Below are positions 36,101-46,063 of a DNA stretch of 64,000 nt, one piece after another (position 1 is the stretch's first letter; every line of letters begins with the position of its first letter). A program made the translations under genes and the position numbers. The notes beneath the pieces were generated by a model, which was not told the DNA's origin, did no database searches, and was given only the letters and a program-made list of their open reading frames with translations. The stretch comes from Pseudomonadota bacterium (GTDB lineage: Archaea > Thermoplasmatota > SW-10-69-26 > JACQPN01 > JAJPHT01): assembly GCA_021325135.1 (NCBI GenBank), contig JAJPHT010000026.1, forward strand, positions 1 to 64,000, read 5' to 3'.

Positions 36101-37894
36101 CTAAGCGCCCACGGCCCTCAGCACGAGGAACAGCACGGCGGTCCCCATGGCCTGGATGCCGATGGTGGCGGCGGTGAGCTCCAGCGTGATGGAGGCCATG
36201 GTGTTGATCGACGCGGTCAGCTGCACGGTCTTCTGGTTGCCGAAGACGCGGAAGTCCTCCAGCACGCCCTTCTTGCCGCCGCTGGCGACGGGCTCCAGGT
36301 CCGCGATGGCCTTCTCCACGGCGGCGCGGGTGGCCTTGGCGATCTCGCGGGGCGGGGCCGCGTGGCCCACGGGTCCGTAGCTGCCGGCGATGGCGTTCAC
36401 GGAGTGGTTGTCCGTGGTCATCACCTGGAAGCCGTCCACGAGGTCCTTGAGCGCCTCGCCCACGGCGCGCGTGACGTCGGGCACGGCGTTGTTGCCGTCC
36501 CAGAGGACGTAGGCGAAGCGCTGGCCGCCGGTTTCGGTGACGAGCGCCTGGACGCCCTGCGCGCCGATGAGGTGGTCCTTGCCGAAGGTCGTCTTGTCCT
36601 GGGCGATGCCGACGCGCAGCGCGCCGGTGGGCGTCTCCTTGCACGCGCGCGAGGCGCCGCGGGCGGCCTCGGCGATGGCGTCGGCGCGCGGCGTGCACAT
36701 GAGCACCTGCCCCGCGCCGGGGAGGAGGCTGTTGTGGCAGTCGACGAAGAACGCGCGGTCGACGCCCTCCAGCTCCGCCTGCAGCTCGGCGATGTGGCCC
36801 ACGCCGTAGTCCACGTCGTCGATGGGCAGCGGCCAGGAGGTGTAGGTCAGGAGCGCGGTGTCGCCGAAGACCTGGGACGTGACGCGGATGTCCTCGCCGG
36901 CGGTGTGCGCGGCGCTGCCCCCTTCGGCGTACTTGATCTCCTTGAGGAGGTCCGCCGCGGCGCGGCCGAAGCGCTCCACCTCCTTGCTGGAGACGGGGTT
37001 GTAGTCGTGGGTCGCCGCGCCGTGGGGCACCATCACCATGTCGGCCTGCGGCATCGCCTCGGCGACCTTGGCGGGCAGGTCGCTGCCGCCCAGCTTCCCG
37101 ATGGGCCCGGGGTGCAGCGCGGGCACGACGATGGCCGCCTTGATGGAGCCGTCGCGGCGCTGGAACGCGATGAGGCCGAAGCGCGCGCGGATGGGCTCCG
37201 CGAAGCGGCTGAGGATCTCCTCGCCGTCCATGCGCCCGCTGGTGAGGTGGTCCAGGTAGTAACGGAACAGCTCGGACGCGCTCACCTTGAAGTTGTTCTT
37301 CAGCGGCGTGTCGAAGACGTGCAGGAAGAAGACCAGCGGCGCGAGGAAGATGACGCCCAGCGCCAGGAGGATCAGAAGCTCGCGCTGCCCGAAGCCGGGG
37401 ACCAGCGCGGCCATGAAGGGGACCGCGGCGAGGACCTGGAGGATGGCGACGAGCATGCTGCGCCAGTGGCGGTTGTCGCTGGTGATCCAGAGCGCGGTAT
37501 GGCGGAAGCTCGTCCCCATGAGGTAGCCCACGAGGAGGACGTGCGCGACGGGCAGGCGCCACGCCACCCGCAGCGGGATGCTGGCCACGAGCGCCACGCC
37601 CACGAGGCTCATGGCGACGGCGCTGATGAACGCCGCGCGCTTGTAGTAGAGCGTGCCCCCCAGCGCGTTGGCCAGGGGCGCCGAGAGGGGGCCCGCCAGG
37701 AGCGCCGGGACGCCCAGCGCGAGGAGGCCCACCAGCATGCCGTGGGGCGTCGCCTCGATGGCGAGGCCCAGCACCGCGGCGGCCACGACGACGTAGGCGT
37801 AGGTGAGGAGGGTGGGCGGCGCGTTGAACACGACCGAGGAGATCTTCGCGGACTGCTCCAGGCTGCCCTGGATGCTGTCCTCGTCGTGGGCCAC
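36101..37894 (-). CDS. DUF2070 family membrane protein (predicted lipid hydrolase)
   Basis: N-terminal TMs; HPGPIGKLGGSDLP, HGAATHDYNPV, VDCHN, DGNN, TTDNH. Confidence 0.9.
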   Translation of the reverse strand: MAHDEDSIQGSLEQSAKISSVVFNAPPTLLTYAYVVVAAAVLGLAIEATPHGMLVGLLALGVPALLAGPLSAPLANALGGTLYYKRAAFISAVAMSLVGVALVASIPLRVAWRLPVAHVLLVGYLMGTSFRHTALWITSDNRHWRSMLVAILQVLAAVPFMAALVPGFGQRELLILLALGVIFLAPLVFFLHVFDTPLKNNFKVSASELFRYYLDHLTSGRMDGEEILSRFAEPIRARFGLIAFQRRDGSIKAAIVVPALHPGPIGKLGGSDLPAKVAEAMPQADMVMVPHGAATHDYNPVSSKEVERFGRAAADLLKEIKYAEGGSAAHTAGEDIRVTSQVFGDTALLTYTSWPLPIDDVDYGVGHIAELQAELEGVDRAFFVDCHNSLLPGAGQVLMCTPRADAIAEAARGASRACKETPTGALRVGIAQDKTTFGKDHLIGAQGVQALVTETGGQRFAYVLWDGNNAVPDVTRAVGEALKDLVDGFQVMTTDNHSVNAIAGSYGPVGHAAPPREIAKATRAAVEKAIADLEPVASGGKKGVLEDFRVFGNQKTVQLTASINTMASITLELTAATIGIQAMGTAVLFLVLRAVGA

Positions 37895-37918
37895 GGGGCG
37901 GGGAGCCCGCCTGGAGGG

Positions 37919-39289
37919 TTATAAGGGTTCGGCGCTCAGGAGCGCCCCCGCCGTGTCGAACGAGCGTCCGTCCTTCGTGGTGGTCCACACGGCGAAAGCG
38001 CCCGCGGGCCCGGCGGCGAGGCCGAGGTAGTCGCCCAGGGACGAGGGGGGCGCTGCGATGTCCGGGTCCAGCGTGAGGTCGGCGCGCCACGAGCCGGGCC
38101 GCAGCGCGACCGCCATCATCCGCGCCCCCTGCGCGGTGGCGTGGGCGAACGTGACGTAGACGACGCCGCGCGCGTCCGCCGCCACCGAGGGGAGGATGCG
38201 GCCGGGCGCCTCGGGTTGGTCCAGCGGGAGGGGCGCGGTCCACGTCGCGCCGCCGTCGTCCGACCACGAGAGGGTGGGCGCGTGCGGGACGCTCTCCATC
38301 TCGCCGGACGCCTGGGGCGCGGGCGCCACGAGAAGGACGCGCTCCCGCCCGCTCTCCCGCGCCACGGCGAGGGAGGGCATCCAGTCGGCGGGCGCGACGG
38401 CACGGTCGGTCCACGTCGCGCCCTGGTCGCGGGAGGCTGCGACGTGGGCCGTGCGCGCGGCGAGGTCCACGTACCCGACGTACCAGGCGCCCTCCGAGCC
38501 GATGGCCGGAGCCGAGCCCTGGAGGTCGGCGCCGCGGGCGACGAAGCCGGGCGCGCTCCACGAGCGGCCGCCGTCGCGGGAGACGACGAAGGCGATGTCG
38601 GAACGCCTCGCGGGCGCGGAGGGCTCGCCCCCGGCGATGTCCGTGTAGGTGAGCAGCGCCGTGCCGTCGGGCCCCGTGGCGAGCCACGGCTTGTCGGGCG
38701 TGCGGAAGAGGGGCGGGGACGGGAGCGGCACGGGGAGCGAGGCCTCTGCGCCCGCGCCCTGGCTGCGCGCGACGGTCACGGGCTCCTCGAAGTGGCGGCC
38801 CCCGTCGGGCGACCTCACCGAGTAGAGCCGCACGTCCGTGAGGACGCCGCCGCCCGGCGTCGAGACGTAGCGCAGCGTGGCGCCCGTGGCCAGGAGCGTG
38901 CCGTCCGGCAGGAACGCCAGCACGGGGTCGCCCACGACGTTGGGCGCGGTGGGGTCCGAGGGGGTGCCCATGGGCTCCGTGTAGCGCAGCTCGGTGACGT
39001 TCCACGTGCGGCCCCCGTCGCGGGAGTCGTGCACGTCGAACCAGAGCACGTAGTTCACCGGGAGCGTGGCCGCCAGCGTGCGCGTGGCCACCACGACGTG
39101 CTGCGGGTCGAGCGGGTCGACCGCCGCGTGGGGCTCCCAGCCGGAGTGGGCCGTCGCATCGATGGGCAGCTTGCACGGGCCCACGCACGAGAAGGAGGGG
39201 GCGTCGGTGGCGGCCGGCCGCAGGGGGGCCCCGACGCAGCCGGGCAGGAGGAGGACGAGGATCGACGCCGCCAGCAGGCCGCGCAACAA
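37919..39289 (-). CDS. Sialidase-like (BNR/Asp-box) lipoprotein
   Basis: Lipobox LLPGCVG; SRDGGRTW, SPDGGRHF, SRDGGRSW, SRDQGATW, SDDGGATW; DKPWLA; GDYLGL. Confidence 0.85.
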   Translation of the reverse strand: MLRGLLAASILVLLLPGCVGAPLRPAATDAPSFSCVGPCKLPIDATAHSGWEPHAAVDPLDPQHVVVATRTLAATLPVNYVLWFDVHDSRDGGRTWNVTELRYTEPMGTPSDPTAPNVVGDPVLAFLPDGTLLATGATLRYVSTPGGGVLTDVRLYSVRSPDGGRHFEEPVTVARSQGAGAEASLPVPLPSPPLFRTPDKPWLATGPDGTALLTYTDIAGGEPSAPARRSDIAFVVSRDGGRSWSAPGFVARGADLQGSAPAIGSEGAWYVGYVDLAARTAHVAASRDQGATWTDRAVAPADWMPSLAVARESGRERVLLVAPAPQASGEMESVPHAPTLSWSDDGGATWTAPLPLDQPEAPGRILPSVAADARGVVYVTFAHATAQGARMMAVALRPGSWRADLTLDPDIAAPPSSLGDYLGLAAGPAGAFAVWTTTKDGRSFDTAGALLSAEPL

Positions 39290-39448
39290 GCCACCAGGCA
39301 GGGAATCGAGGGGTCGAGCTTGGCCTTGACGGGTGGACCCGGATAGGCTCTCCCGAAGGTTGTCGACCCGCCGCGTGACACGGAATCGGCCATGCGGCGG
39401 CGCGTCGAAGGGAGGCCGGGAAGGCTCAGCGCCAGGGAGGGGAAGGCG

Positions 39449-42400
39449 TTGCTACAGAAGATTCTCGTGATCCTTGTCGGGCTCGTCATGTCGCTGGTGG
39501 GCGCGTTCGCGCCCAGCTCCAGCCTGTTCGCCTCGCACCCCGCGCCGGACGCCGGCTTGAGCCTCGCGTCCTCGGCCGCGCACGACGAGACGCTGGCCAC
39601 GGTGCGCGTGGCCGACGGCACCGCCTTCGCCAAGGTCAGCGTCCTCTGGGTCGAGGTCGACGGCCAGCGCGTCAGCGAGGACGCCTGGGGCACGGGCGAC
39701 GTGAAGGAGCTTCGCTTTAAAATTGGCACCAAGGACGTCGACGGCCTCGCCCTCGCCGTGGGCGACAAGGTGATCGCGGTCCACCCCACCGACGTGCTCA
39801 CCGTGCGCACCTTCAACGGCCAGTTCGCGTACCGCGGCCTGGGCACGCCCGCCGCCACCCTCGCGCTCCAGGGCACCGTGAAGACGGCGCTGGTGAGCCA
39901 GGGCGCCGCGACGCAGCGCGTGCAGACCGAGGCGGCCGCGCCGCGCGTCGCGCAGCCGGCCCCCGCCGACGGCCGCCTCGCCTACGTCGTCCTCGACACG
40001 GGCGAGCATCTCGACACCGTGGACGTGCAGTCCACCTCGCAGCGCTTCTACACCGAGGAGACGGCGGCCACGTCCCCCCAGCCCGGCAATCTCCTCGCGC
40101 GCTACGTGAAGATCGACGGCCGCCTCGTGAAGGACTACACCAGCGGCGACGGCAGCCTGGGCACCATCGAGTTCCAGCCCGCCGCGGCGGACACCGCGGG
40201 CGGCCTCGTCGCCGTGGACGGCCAGCCCGCCACCGTCGACGCCAACGCCAAGGTCCTCGTCAAGGACTTCGTGGGCGAGTACCTCGTCTACCAGGTGGCC
40301 GACGGCCTCGTGCGCCTGCGCCTCGACGGCTACGCCGCCAACTACACCACCGGGGACGCCGCGAGCCTCCCCGCGTCGGCGGGCGCGGACGTCCTCAACG
40401 CCGCGTTCGACTTCGAGCCCAAGAGCCCGCGCACGTCCGACACCCTCGCGTTCCACGACCGCTCCTCCGCCGAGGGCTACGTCGTCTTCCGCCAGTGGGA
40501 CTTCGGCGACAACCAGACCAGCGTCGTCTCCGACCCCACGCACCGCTACGCCCTCCCCGGCGTCTACGAGGTGCGCCTCAACGTCACCGACAACGACCTC
40601 CACCAGCGCGAGGTCGTCATCCCGGTCATCGTGCGCAACGCCGACCCCGTGCCCGCCTTCGACTTCGCCCCGCGCGTCGTCGACACCGGCACCCTCGTCG
40701 CGTTCACCGACCGCAGCGACGACGCCGACGGCGCGGTCGTCAACTGGAGCTGGGACTTCGGCGACGGCGCCCACGCCTTCCAGCGCAACCCCACCCACCA
40801 GTACCAGGCCGCCGGCAACCTCACCGTCACCCTCACCGCCACCGACAACCTCGGCGGCCGCCAGAGCCTCTCGCGCGTCATCATCGTGCGCGACGCGCCC
40901 CCCCTGGCCAACTTCGTCTTCGAGCCCACCGACGCGCAGACGCTCACCCCCGTGCAGTTCATCGACCGCTCCACCGACCGCGACGGCGTCGTCGTCGCCT
41001 GGAACTGGAGCTTCGGCGACGGCTCCTACGCCGAAGGCAGCGCGCCCACGCACACGTTCGAGAAGCCCGGCGCCTACTCCGTGAGCCTCACGGCCTACGA
41101 CAACAACGGCGTCGCCAGCACGCTCACGCAGCAGGTCATCGCCCTCAACCGGCCGCCCGTCGCGGACTTCGCGTGGACGCCCCAGGGCGGCCCCGTGAAC
41201 GTCCCCGTCACGTTCACCAGCACCTCCTACGACCCCGAGGGGCTGCCGCTGATCACGCAGTGGGACTTCGGCGACGGAAGCTCGGGCTCCCTGGGCCCCA
41301 CGGCGCAGCACGTCTTCCCGCGCCACGGCGAATACAACGTCACCGTCCACGTCACCGACGGCCTCGCGCAGACCTCGCTCACGCGCTCCGTCTCCGTCGC
41401 CGACAGCGCGCCCCGCGCGAGCCTGAGCCTCACGCCCAACCCCGCCTACCGCGGCACGGTGGTCCTCTTCGCCGACACCAGCACCGACCTCGACGGCGAC
41501 CCCATCGTCGCGCGCTCGTGGAGCTTCGGCGACGGCCAGACCAGCACGCTGGCGTTCCCCAACCACACGTATTCCGCGCTGGGCGACTACCCCATCACGC
41601 TCACCGTGCGCGACGGCGCCAACATGTCGTCCTTCGTGACGACCACGCTGCACGTCATCAACCGCCCGCCCATCGGCGCCGCGCGCTTCTCGCCCGCGCT
41701 CCCCGTCGCGCGGCAGCTCATCACGCTGGACGCCACGGCCACCGACCCCGACGGCCCCGCCAACGAGACGTTCACCTACGCGTGGACCTTCTCCGACGGC
41801 GGCGCCCCCGCCAGCGGCCCCGAGGTCACCCACGCCTTCCAGGCCACCGGAGACTACACCGTCACCCTCGTCGTCACCGACGCGGAAGGGGGCGTCAGCT
41901 CGCCGGTCCTCACGCGCATCCACGTCGGCCTCGCCGATCCCCTGCCCGCGTTCACCTGGAATCCGCTGATCCCCAACGCGGGCGAGACCGTCACCTTCAC
42001 CGACCAGTCCACGAGCCCCAACGGCGCCATCCAGTCGTGGGCGTGGGACTTCGGCGATGGCTCCCCCGAGTCCGGCGCGCGCAACCCCACGCACGCCTTC
42101 CCCAGCGACCAGGTCTACGCGGTGCTCCTCACCGTCACCGACTCCGAGGGCCAGCTGGCCACCACCGCGCAGAACGTCACCGTGAACGGTTTCCCCGTCG
42201 CGGCGTTCGTGGCGCCCACGGCGCCCCTCTCCGCGGGCGGCGTCGCGCAGTTCACCGACGAGTCGCACGACCCCGACGGCGACGCGCTCACCTACGCGTG
42301 GGACTTCGGCGACGGCGCCCACAGCACCGCGCAGAACCCCTCGCACCCCTACCTGTCGCCCGGCGCCTACACCGCGCGCCTCACCGTCACCGACCCCCAC

Positions 42401-43555
42401 GGCGCGGCGGACAACGCCACGCGCGTCGTCGTCGTGCAGGACCGCGCGCCCACCGCCGGCTTCTCGGCGAGCCCCAACCCCGCCATGGCGGGCCAGCCCG
42501 TCTCCTTCGAGGGCGCGACGTTCAGCCACGACCCCGACGGCGACTCCACCCTCCGCTTCTTCAACTGGACCTTCGGCGACGGCGGTGGCGCCACCGGGCA
42601 CGCCGTCTCGCACGCCTACGCCAACTCGGGCACGTACCCCGTGACGCTCATCGTCAGCGACGGCTCGCTGGCCAGCGCGCCCGCCACGTCCTTTGTGCGC
42701 GTCGGCAGCGACCACCAGGTGCGCGTGCGCGTGCAGGCGATCCTCCCCGGCGAGCGCCAGGCCATGCTCAACGACTCGCACTACCTCCTCAACGTCACCG
42801 TGCGCAACGCGGGCGCCAACCCCGTCGCGCTGGGCAAGGGGGACCTCGTCCCCGACGGCTCGGGCTACGACGTCGTGCTCAACGCGGGCACCTGGATGGC
42901 GGGCGACAGCGTCACCGTCTCCGTCTTCGACGACCGCTGGATGCACGCGCCCGTCTCGCGCAACCTCCCCCTCACCGACGCCGACGGACGCGCGGGCCCC
43001 GTGGCGCTCCCCATCGAGTTGAACGTCCCCCTGAAGCCCACCGTCGCGGCGGACGCCGGAGACGGCTACCTCCAGGTGGCGGGCATGGGCGTCCCGGGCC
43101 TCCCCAACGAGACGCAGGACGGCCGCGGCGACCCCGTCTACCGCACCGCGACCGAGGCGTTCCACGGCGCGGGCACCGTCTTCTACGCCGACGGCGCGCC
43201 CGCCGAAGGCGCCAGCGTCGTCGTCGAGGCGCGTTACCTCCCCCTGGAGCTCGTCGCCGGGGTCCGCGACGGCCAGGCGCTCACGGGCCAGCCCCTCGTC
43301 CCCGACAACGTGGCCCTGGGCTGGTGCCGCGCCGACGCGACCCCCGTGGTGGACGCGGCGGGCGCCTACTCGTGGCGCTTCCAGGGCGGCGGCTGCCTGC
43401 TGGGCACGGCCGGCGTCTTCCCCGTGGGCGTCTGGGAGATCCGCGCCACCGCCACCTACAGCTTCGCCGCCTCGGGCGTCTCCACCGTGCAGACCGTCAT
43501 CGTCGACCCCACCGGCGGCCTGCTCTGGCAGAGCACGGGCGGCACGCCCCCTTGA
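39449..43555 (+). CDS. PKD-repeat cell-surface protein (9 PKD domains)
   Basis: Nine W(D/S/T)F(G/S)D cores; N-terminal signal/anchor; TTG 39449 preferred over ATG 39392. Confidence 0.92.
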   Translation: MLQKILVILVGLVMSLVGAFAPSSSLFASHPAPDAGLSLASSAAHDETLATVRVADGTAFAKVSVLWVEVDGQRVSEDAWGTGDVKELRFKIGTKDVDGLALAVGDKVIAVHPTDVLTVRTFNGQFAYRGLGTPAATLALQGTVKTALVSQGAATQRVQTEAAAPRVAQPAPADGRLAYVVLDTGEHLDTVDVQSTSQRFYTEETAATSPQPGNLLARYVKIDGRLVKDYTSGDGSLGTIEFQPAAADTAGGLVAVDGQPATVDANAKVLVKDFVGEYLVYQVADGLVRLRLDGYAANYTTGDAASLPASAGADVLNAAFDFEPKSPRTSDTLAFHDRSSAEGYVVFRQWDFGDNQTSVVSDPTHRYALPGVYEVRLNVTDNDLHQREVVIPVIVRNADPVPAFDFAPRVVDTGTLVAFTDRSDDADGAVVNWSWDFGDGAHAFQRNPTHQYQAAGNLTVTLTATDNLGGRQSLSRVIIVRDAPPLANFVFEPTDAQTLTPVQFIDRSTDRDGVVVAWNWSFGDGSYAEGSAPTHTFEKPGAYSVSLTAYDNNGVASTLTQQVIALNRPPVADFAWTPQGGPVNVPVTFTSTSYDPEGLPLITQWDFGDGSSGSLGPTAQHVFPRHGEYNVTVHVTDGLAQTSLTRSVSVADSAPRASLSLTPNPAYRGTVVLFADTSTDLDGDPIVARSWSFGDGQTSTLAFPNHTYSALGDYPITLTVRDGANMSSFVTTTLHVINRPPIGAARFSPALPVARQLITLDATATDPDGPANETFTYAWTFSDGGAPASGPEVTHAFQATGDYTVTLVVTDAEGGVSSPVLTRIHVGLADPLPAFTWNPLIPNAGETVTFTDQSTSPNGAIQSWAWDFGDGSPESGARNPTHAFPSDQVYAVLLTVTDSEGQLATTAQNVTVNGFPVAAFVAPTAPLSAGGVAQFTDESHDPDGDALTYAWDFGDGAHSTAQNPSHPYLSPGAYTARLTVTDPHGAADNATRVVVVQDRAPTAGFSASPNPAMAGQPVSFEGATFSHDPDGDSTLRFFNWTFGDGGGATGHAVSHAYANSGTYPVTLIVSDGSLASAPATSFVRVGSDHQVRVRVQAILPGERQAMLNDSHYLLNVTVRNAGANPVALGKGDLVPDGSGYDVVLNAGTWMAGDSVTVSVFDDRWMHAPVSRNLPLTDADGRAGPVALPIELNVPLKPTVAADAGDGYLQVAGMGVPGLPNETQDGRGDPVYRTATEAFHGAGTVFYADGAPAEGASVVVEARYLPLELVAGVRDGQALTGQPLVPDNVALGWCRADATPVVDAAGAYSWRFQGGGCLLGTAGVFPVGVWEIRATATYSFAASGVSTVQTVIVDPTGGLLWQSTGGTPP

Positions 43556-43595
43556 AGGAGCAGCCTTCAAACCCCTCCAGGGGCGTCGCGGGCGC

Positions 43596-44315
43596 GTGCG
43601 GGCCCCCGACCCCGAGGCCATCGAGCGCGCCGCCCCGTGGCTGCGCAAGGTGCGCGCCTACTGCCGCGTCCAGGTGGAGGGCGTGGAGAAGATCCCCCAG
43701 GGCCCCTGCATCCTCGCCGCGAACCACACCGGCTGGGCCGGCATCGACTACTGGAACCTCTTCATCACCGTCTACGACGACGCGAAGCGCATCCCCCGCG
43801 TCGCGGTCCACCCGTCGTACTTCCGCTTCAAGAAGGTGCGCGACCTCGCCGACCAATTGGGCTTCTTCGAGGTGAGCGTCGCCACCAGCACGGAGATCCT
43901 TGACGAGGGTGGCCTCGTGACCTTCTTCCCCGAGGCGGAGGAGGGGAACTTCAAGCCCATCTGGAAACGATATCGCCTCCAGCCCTTCAAGCCCGGCTTC
44001 GCCCGCGTCGCGCTGGCCACCGAGGCGCCCGTCGTCCCCGTCGTCATCGTGGGCGGCGAGGAGGCGAACCCCACGCTGGGGCGCCTCAAGCCGCTGGAGG
44101 AGGTCCTCCAGGCGCCCGTGCCCATCCCGGTGAACCTGCTGCCCTTCCCCGTGAAGTGGCGCATCGCCTTCCTCGACCCCGTGAGCCCCTCCACCTACCT
44201 GGAGCGCGAGAGCCCCGACAAGGACGTCGCGGAATTGATGGCGCGCGACCTGCGCCACCGCATGCAGGACGCCTTGGACGAGCAGGTCCGCAAGCGCGGG
44301 CACCCGATCCTGTAG
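43596..44315 (+). CDS. Lysophospholipid acyltransferase (PlsC/MGAT-like) family protein
   Basis: ILAANHTGWAGID, FFPE, FKPGFARVALATEAPVVPVVIVGGEE. Confidence 0.88.
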   Translation: MRAPDPEAIERAAPWLRKVRAYCRVQVEGVEKIPQGPCILAANHTGWAGIDYWNLFITVYDDAKRIPRVAVHPSYFRFKKVRDLADQLGFFEVSVATSTEILDEGGLVTFFPEAEEGNFKPIWKRYRLQPFKPGFARVALATEAPVVPVVIVGGEEANPTLGRLKPLEEVLQAPVPIPVNLLPFPVKWRIAFLDPVSPSTYLERESPDKDVAELMARDLRHRMQDALDEQVRKRGHPIL

Positions 44316-44373
44316 GGCGAGCATCGGCCCATCCGCCACGAGCTTCATCCCCACGCTCCTGCCACGCCTCCGT

Positions 44374-45144
44374 ATGCCCCAGGGTCGCGTGCACGTCGGC
44401 ACGTCGGGCTACGTCTACGACCACTGGAAAGGCCCCTTCTACCCCGAGGACCTGCCGCGAAAGGCCTGGTTCCGCTTCTACGCGGAGCGGTTCTCCTCCG
44501 TCGAGATCAACAACACGTTCTACCGCCTTCCGGACGAGGCCACGGTCGCGCGCTGGCGCGACGAGGCGCCCCCGGGCTTCGTCTACGCCTTCAAGGCCAG
44601 CCGCTACGTCACGCACCGCAAGCGCCTCCGGCCCGGCGGCTCCTATCCCCACGCCCTGGAGACGCTCGTCCACCGGCTCGAAGGCGCGGGGGACCGCCTG
44701 GGGCCCATCCTCTTCCAGACGCCGCCGGGCATGCGACGCGACGACGAGCGCCTGCGCGCCTTCCTCGCGCGGCTGCCGCGGCGGGACGTGCGCTACGCCT
44801 TCGAGTTCCGCGACGCCTCGTGGCACGACGAGGCGGTGTACGACCTCCTGGGCGAGCACGGCGTCGCGTTCTGCCTCCACGACTGGCCCGACGCGCCCAC
44901 GCCCCCCTCCGTCGTCACGGCGGACCTCGTCTACGTCCGCTTCCACGGCCCCCGGAGGGCCTATGCGGGGCTCTACGGCCCGCGCCGCATGGAGCCCTGG
45001 GCGCAGCGCGTCGCCCGCTGGCGCGGCGAAGGGCGCGAGGTGCTCTGCTTCTTCAACAACGACGAGAAGGCCTACGCGACGCGCGACGCCGCATGGCTCG
45101 CCCGCCGGCTGGGGGTGGATGCGCGTGCCCCGGCCGCGCAGTGA
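44374..45144 (+). CDS. DUF72 (YecE-like) protein 1
   Basis: VGTSGY, VEINNTFYRLP, KASRYVTH, LFQTPP, EFRDASW, YVRFHG, FFNND. Confidence 0.92.
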   Translation: MPQGRVHVGTSGYVYDHWKGPFYPEDLPRKAWFRFYAERFSSVEINNTFYRLPDEATVARWRDEAPPGFVYAFKASRYVTHRKRLRPGGSYPHALETLVHRLEGAGDRLGPILFQTPPGMRRDDERLRAFLARLPRRDVRYAFEFRDASWHDEAVYDLLGEHGVAFCLHDWPDAPTPPSVVTADLVYVRFHGPRRAYAGLYGPRRMEPWAQRVARWRGEGREVLCFFNNDEKAYATRDAAWLARRLGVDARAPAAQ

Positions 45145-46057
45145 GCGCGCGCTGCGCCGCGAGGCGCTCTACGGCCCTCCACTGGAAGGTCCCGGCCTGG
45201 AGGAGGAGCTTCCCCCCGTCGCGCGCTGGCCCGCGGACCTGCGCCTCCGCGTGGGCACCTCGGGCTGGGCGTACCGCCACTGGCTGGGGCGCCTCTATCC
45301 GAGGCGCCTTCCGGGCGCGCAGATGCTCGCGTTCCACAGCCGCCGCTTCGCCACGGTGGAGGTCAACAGCACCTTCTACCGGCCCCCCGCGCCCGAGGTC
45401 GTGGACGCGTGGCGCGCGCAGACGCCGCCCGGGTTCCGCTTCACGCTGAAGATGCCCCGCGCGATCACGCACGACAAGCGCCTTGTGGACGTGGCGCGGG
45501 AGACGGAGGCCTTCGTGGACCTGGCCCGCCGCCTTGGCCCCAAGCTGGGCGTGCTCCTCGCGCAGCTTCCCCCGGGCTTCCGCGCGGACCCGCCCCTCCT
45601 GGACTCCTTCCTCTCCCTCCTCCCCTCGTCGCTCCAGGTCGCGGTGGAGCTTCGCCACCGCTCGTGGCACGACGCCGCGACGGGCCGCCTGCTCGCGCGC
45701 CACGGCGCGGCCCGCGTCGTCCACGACTTCGGCCGCAAGGCGACGCCTCTTCCGCCCACCGCGCCCTTCGTCTACCTTCGCCTCCACGGCCCCTCGGGGC
45801 GATATCGCGGCGGCTACGACGCGGAGACGCTCCTCGCGTGGGCGGAGCAGCTGAAGGCGTGGATCCGCGAGGGGCTGGAGGCGTGGTGCTATCTCAACAA
45901 CGACGAGCGCGGCCACGCCGTGGAGGACGCGCTGGCGCTGCGCGGGTGGGCCACCCAGCCCGCCGCGGAGGAACGACCCCCGCCTCGTTTCCGGGCGCGC
46001 CGGCCTGACCAGGAGGCCGAAGCCGAAGCCGCTTTATGGCCGGCTCGCGCCCTCTGA
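45119..46057 (+). CDS. DUF72 (YecE-like) protein 2
   Basis: VGTSGW, VEVNSTFY, KMPRAITH, QLPP, ELRHRSW, YLRLHG, YLNND; start uncertain. Confidence 0.88.
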   Translation: MRVPRPRSERALRREALYGPPLEGPGLEEELPPVARWPADLRLRVGTSGWAYRHWLGRLYPRRLPGAQMLAFHSRRFATVEVNSTFYRPPAPEVVDAWRAQTPPGFRFTLKMPRAITHDKRLVDVARETEAFVDLARRLGPKLGVLLAQLPPGFRADPPLLDSFLSLLPSSLQVAVELRHRSWHDAATGRLLARHGAARVVHDFGRKATPLPPTAPFVYLRLHGPSGRYRGGYDAETLLAWAEQLKAWIREGLEAWCYLNNDERGHAVEDALALRGWATQPAAEERPPPRFRARRPDQEAEAEAALWPARAL

Positions 46058-46063
46058 GCCTGG

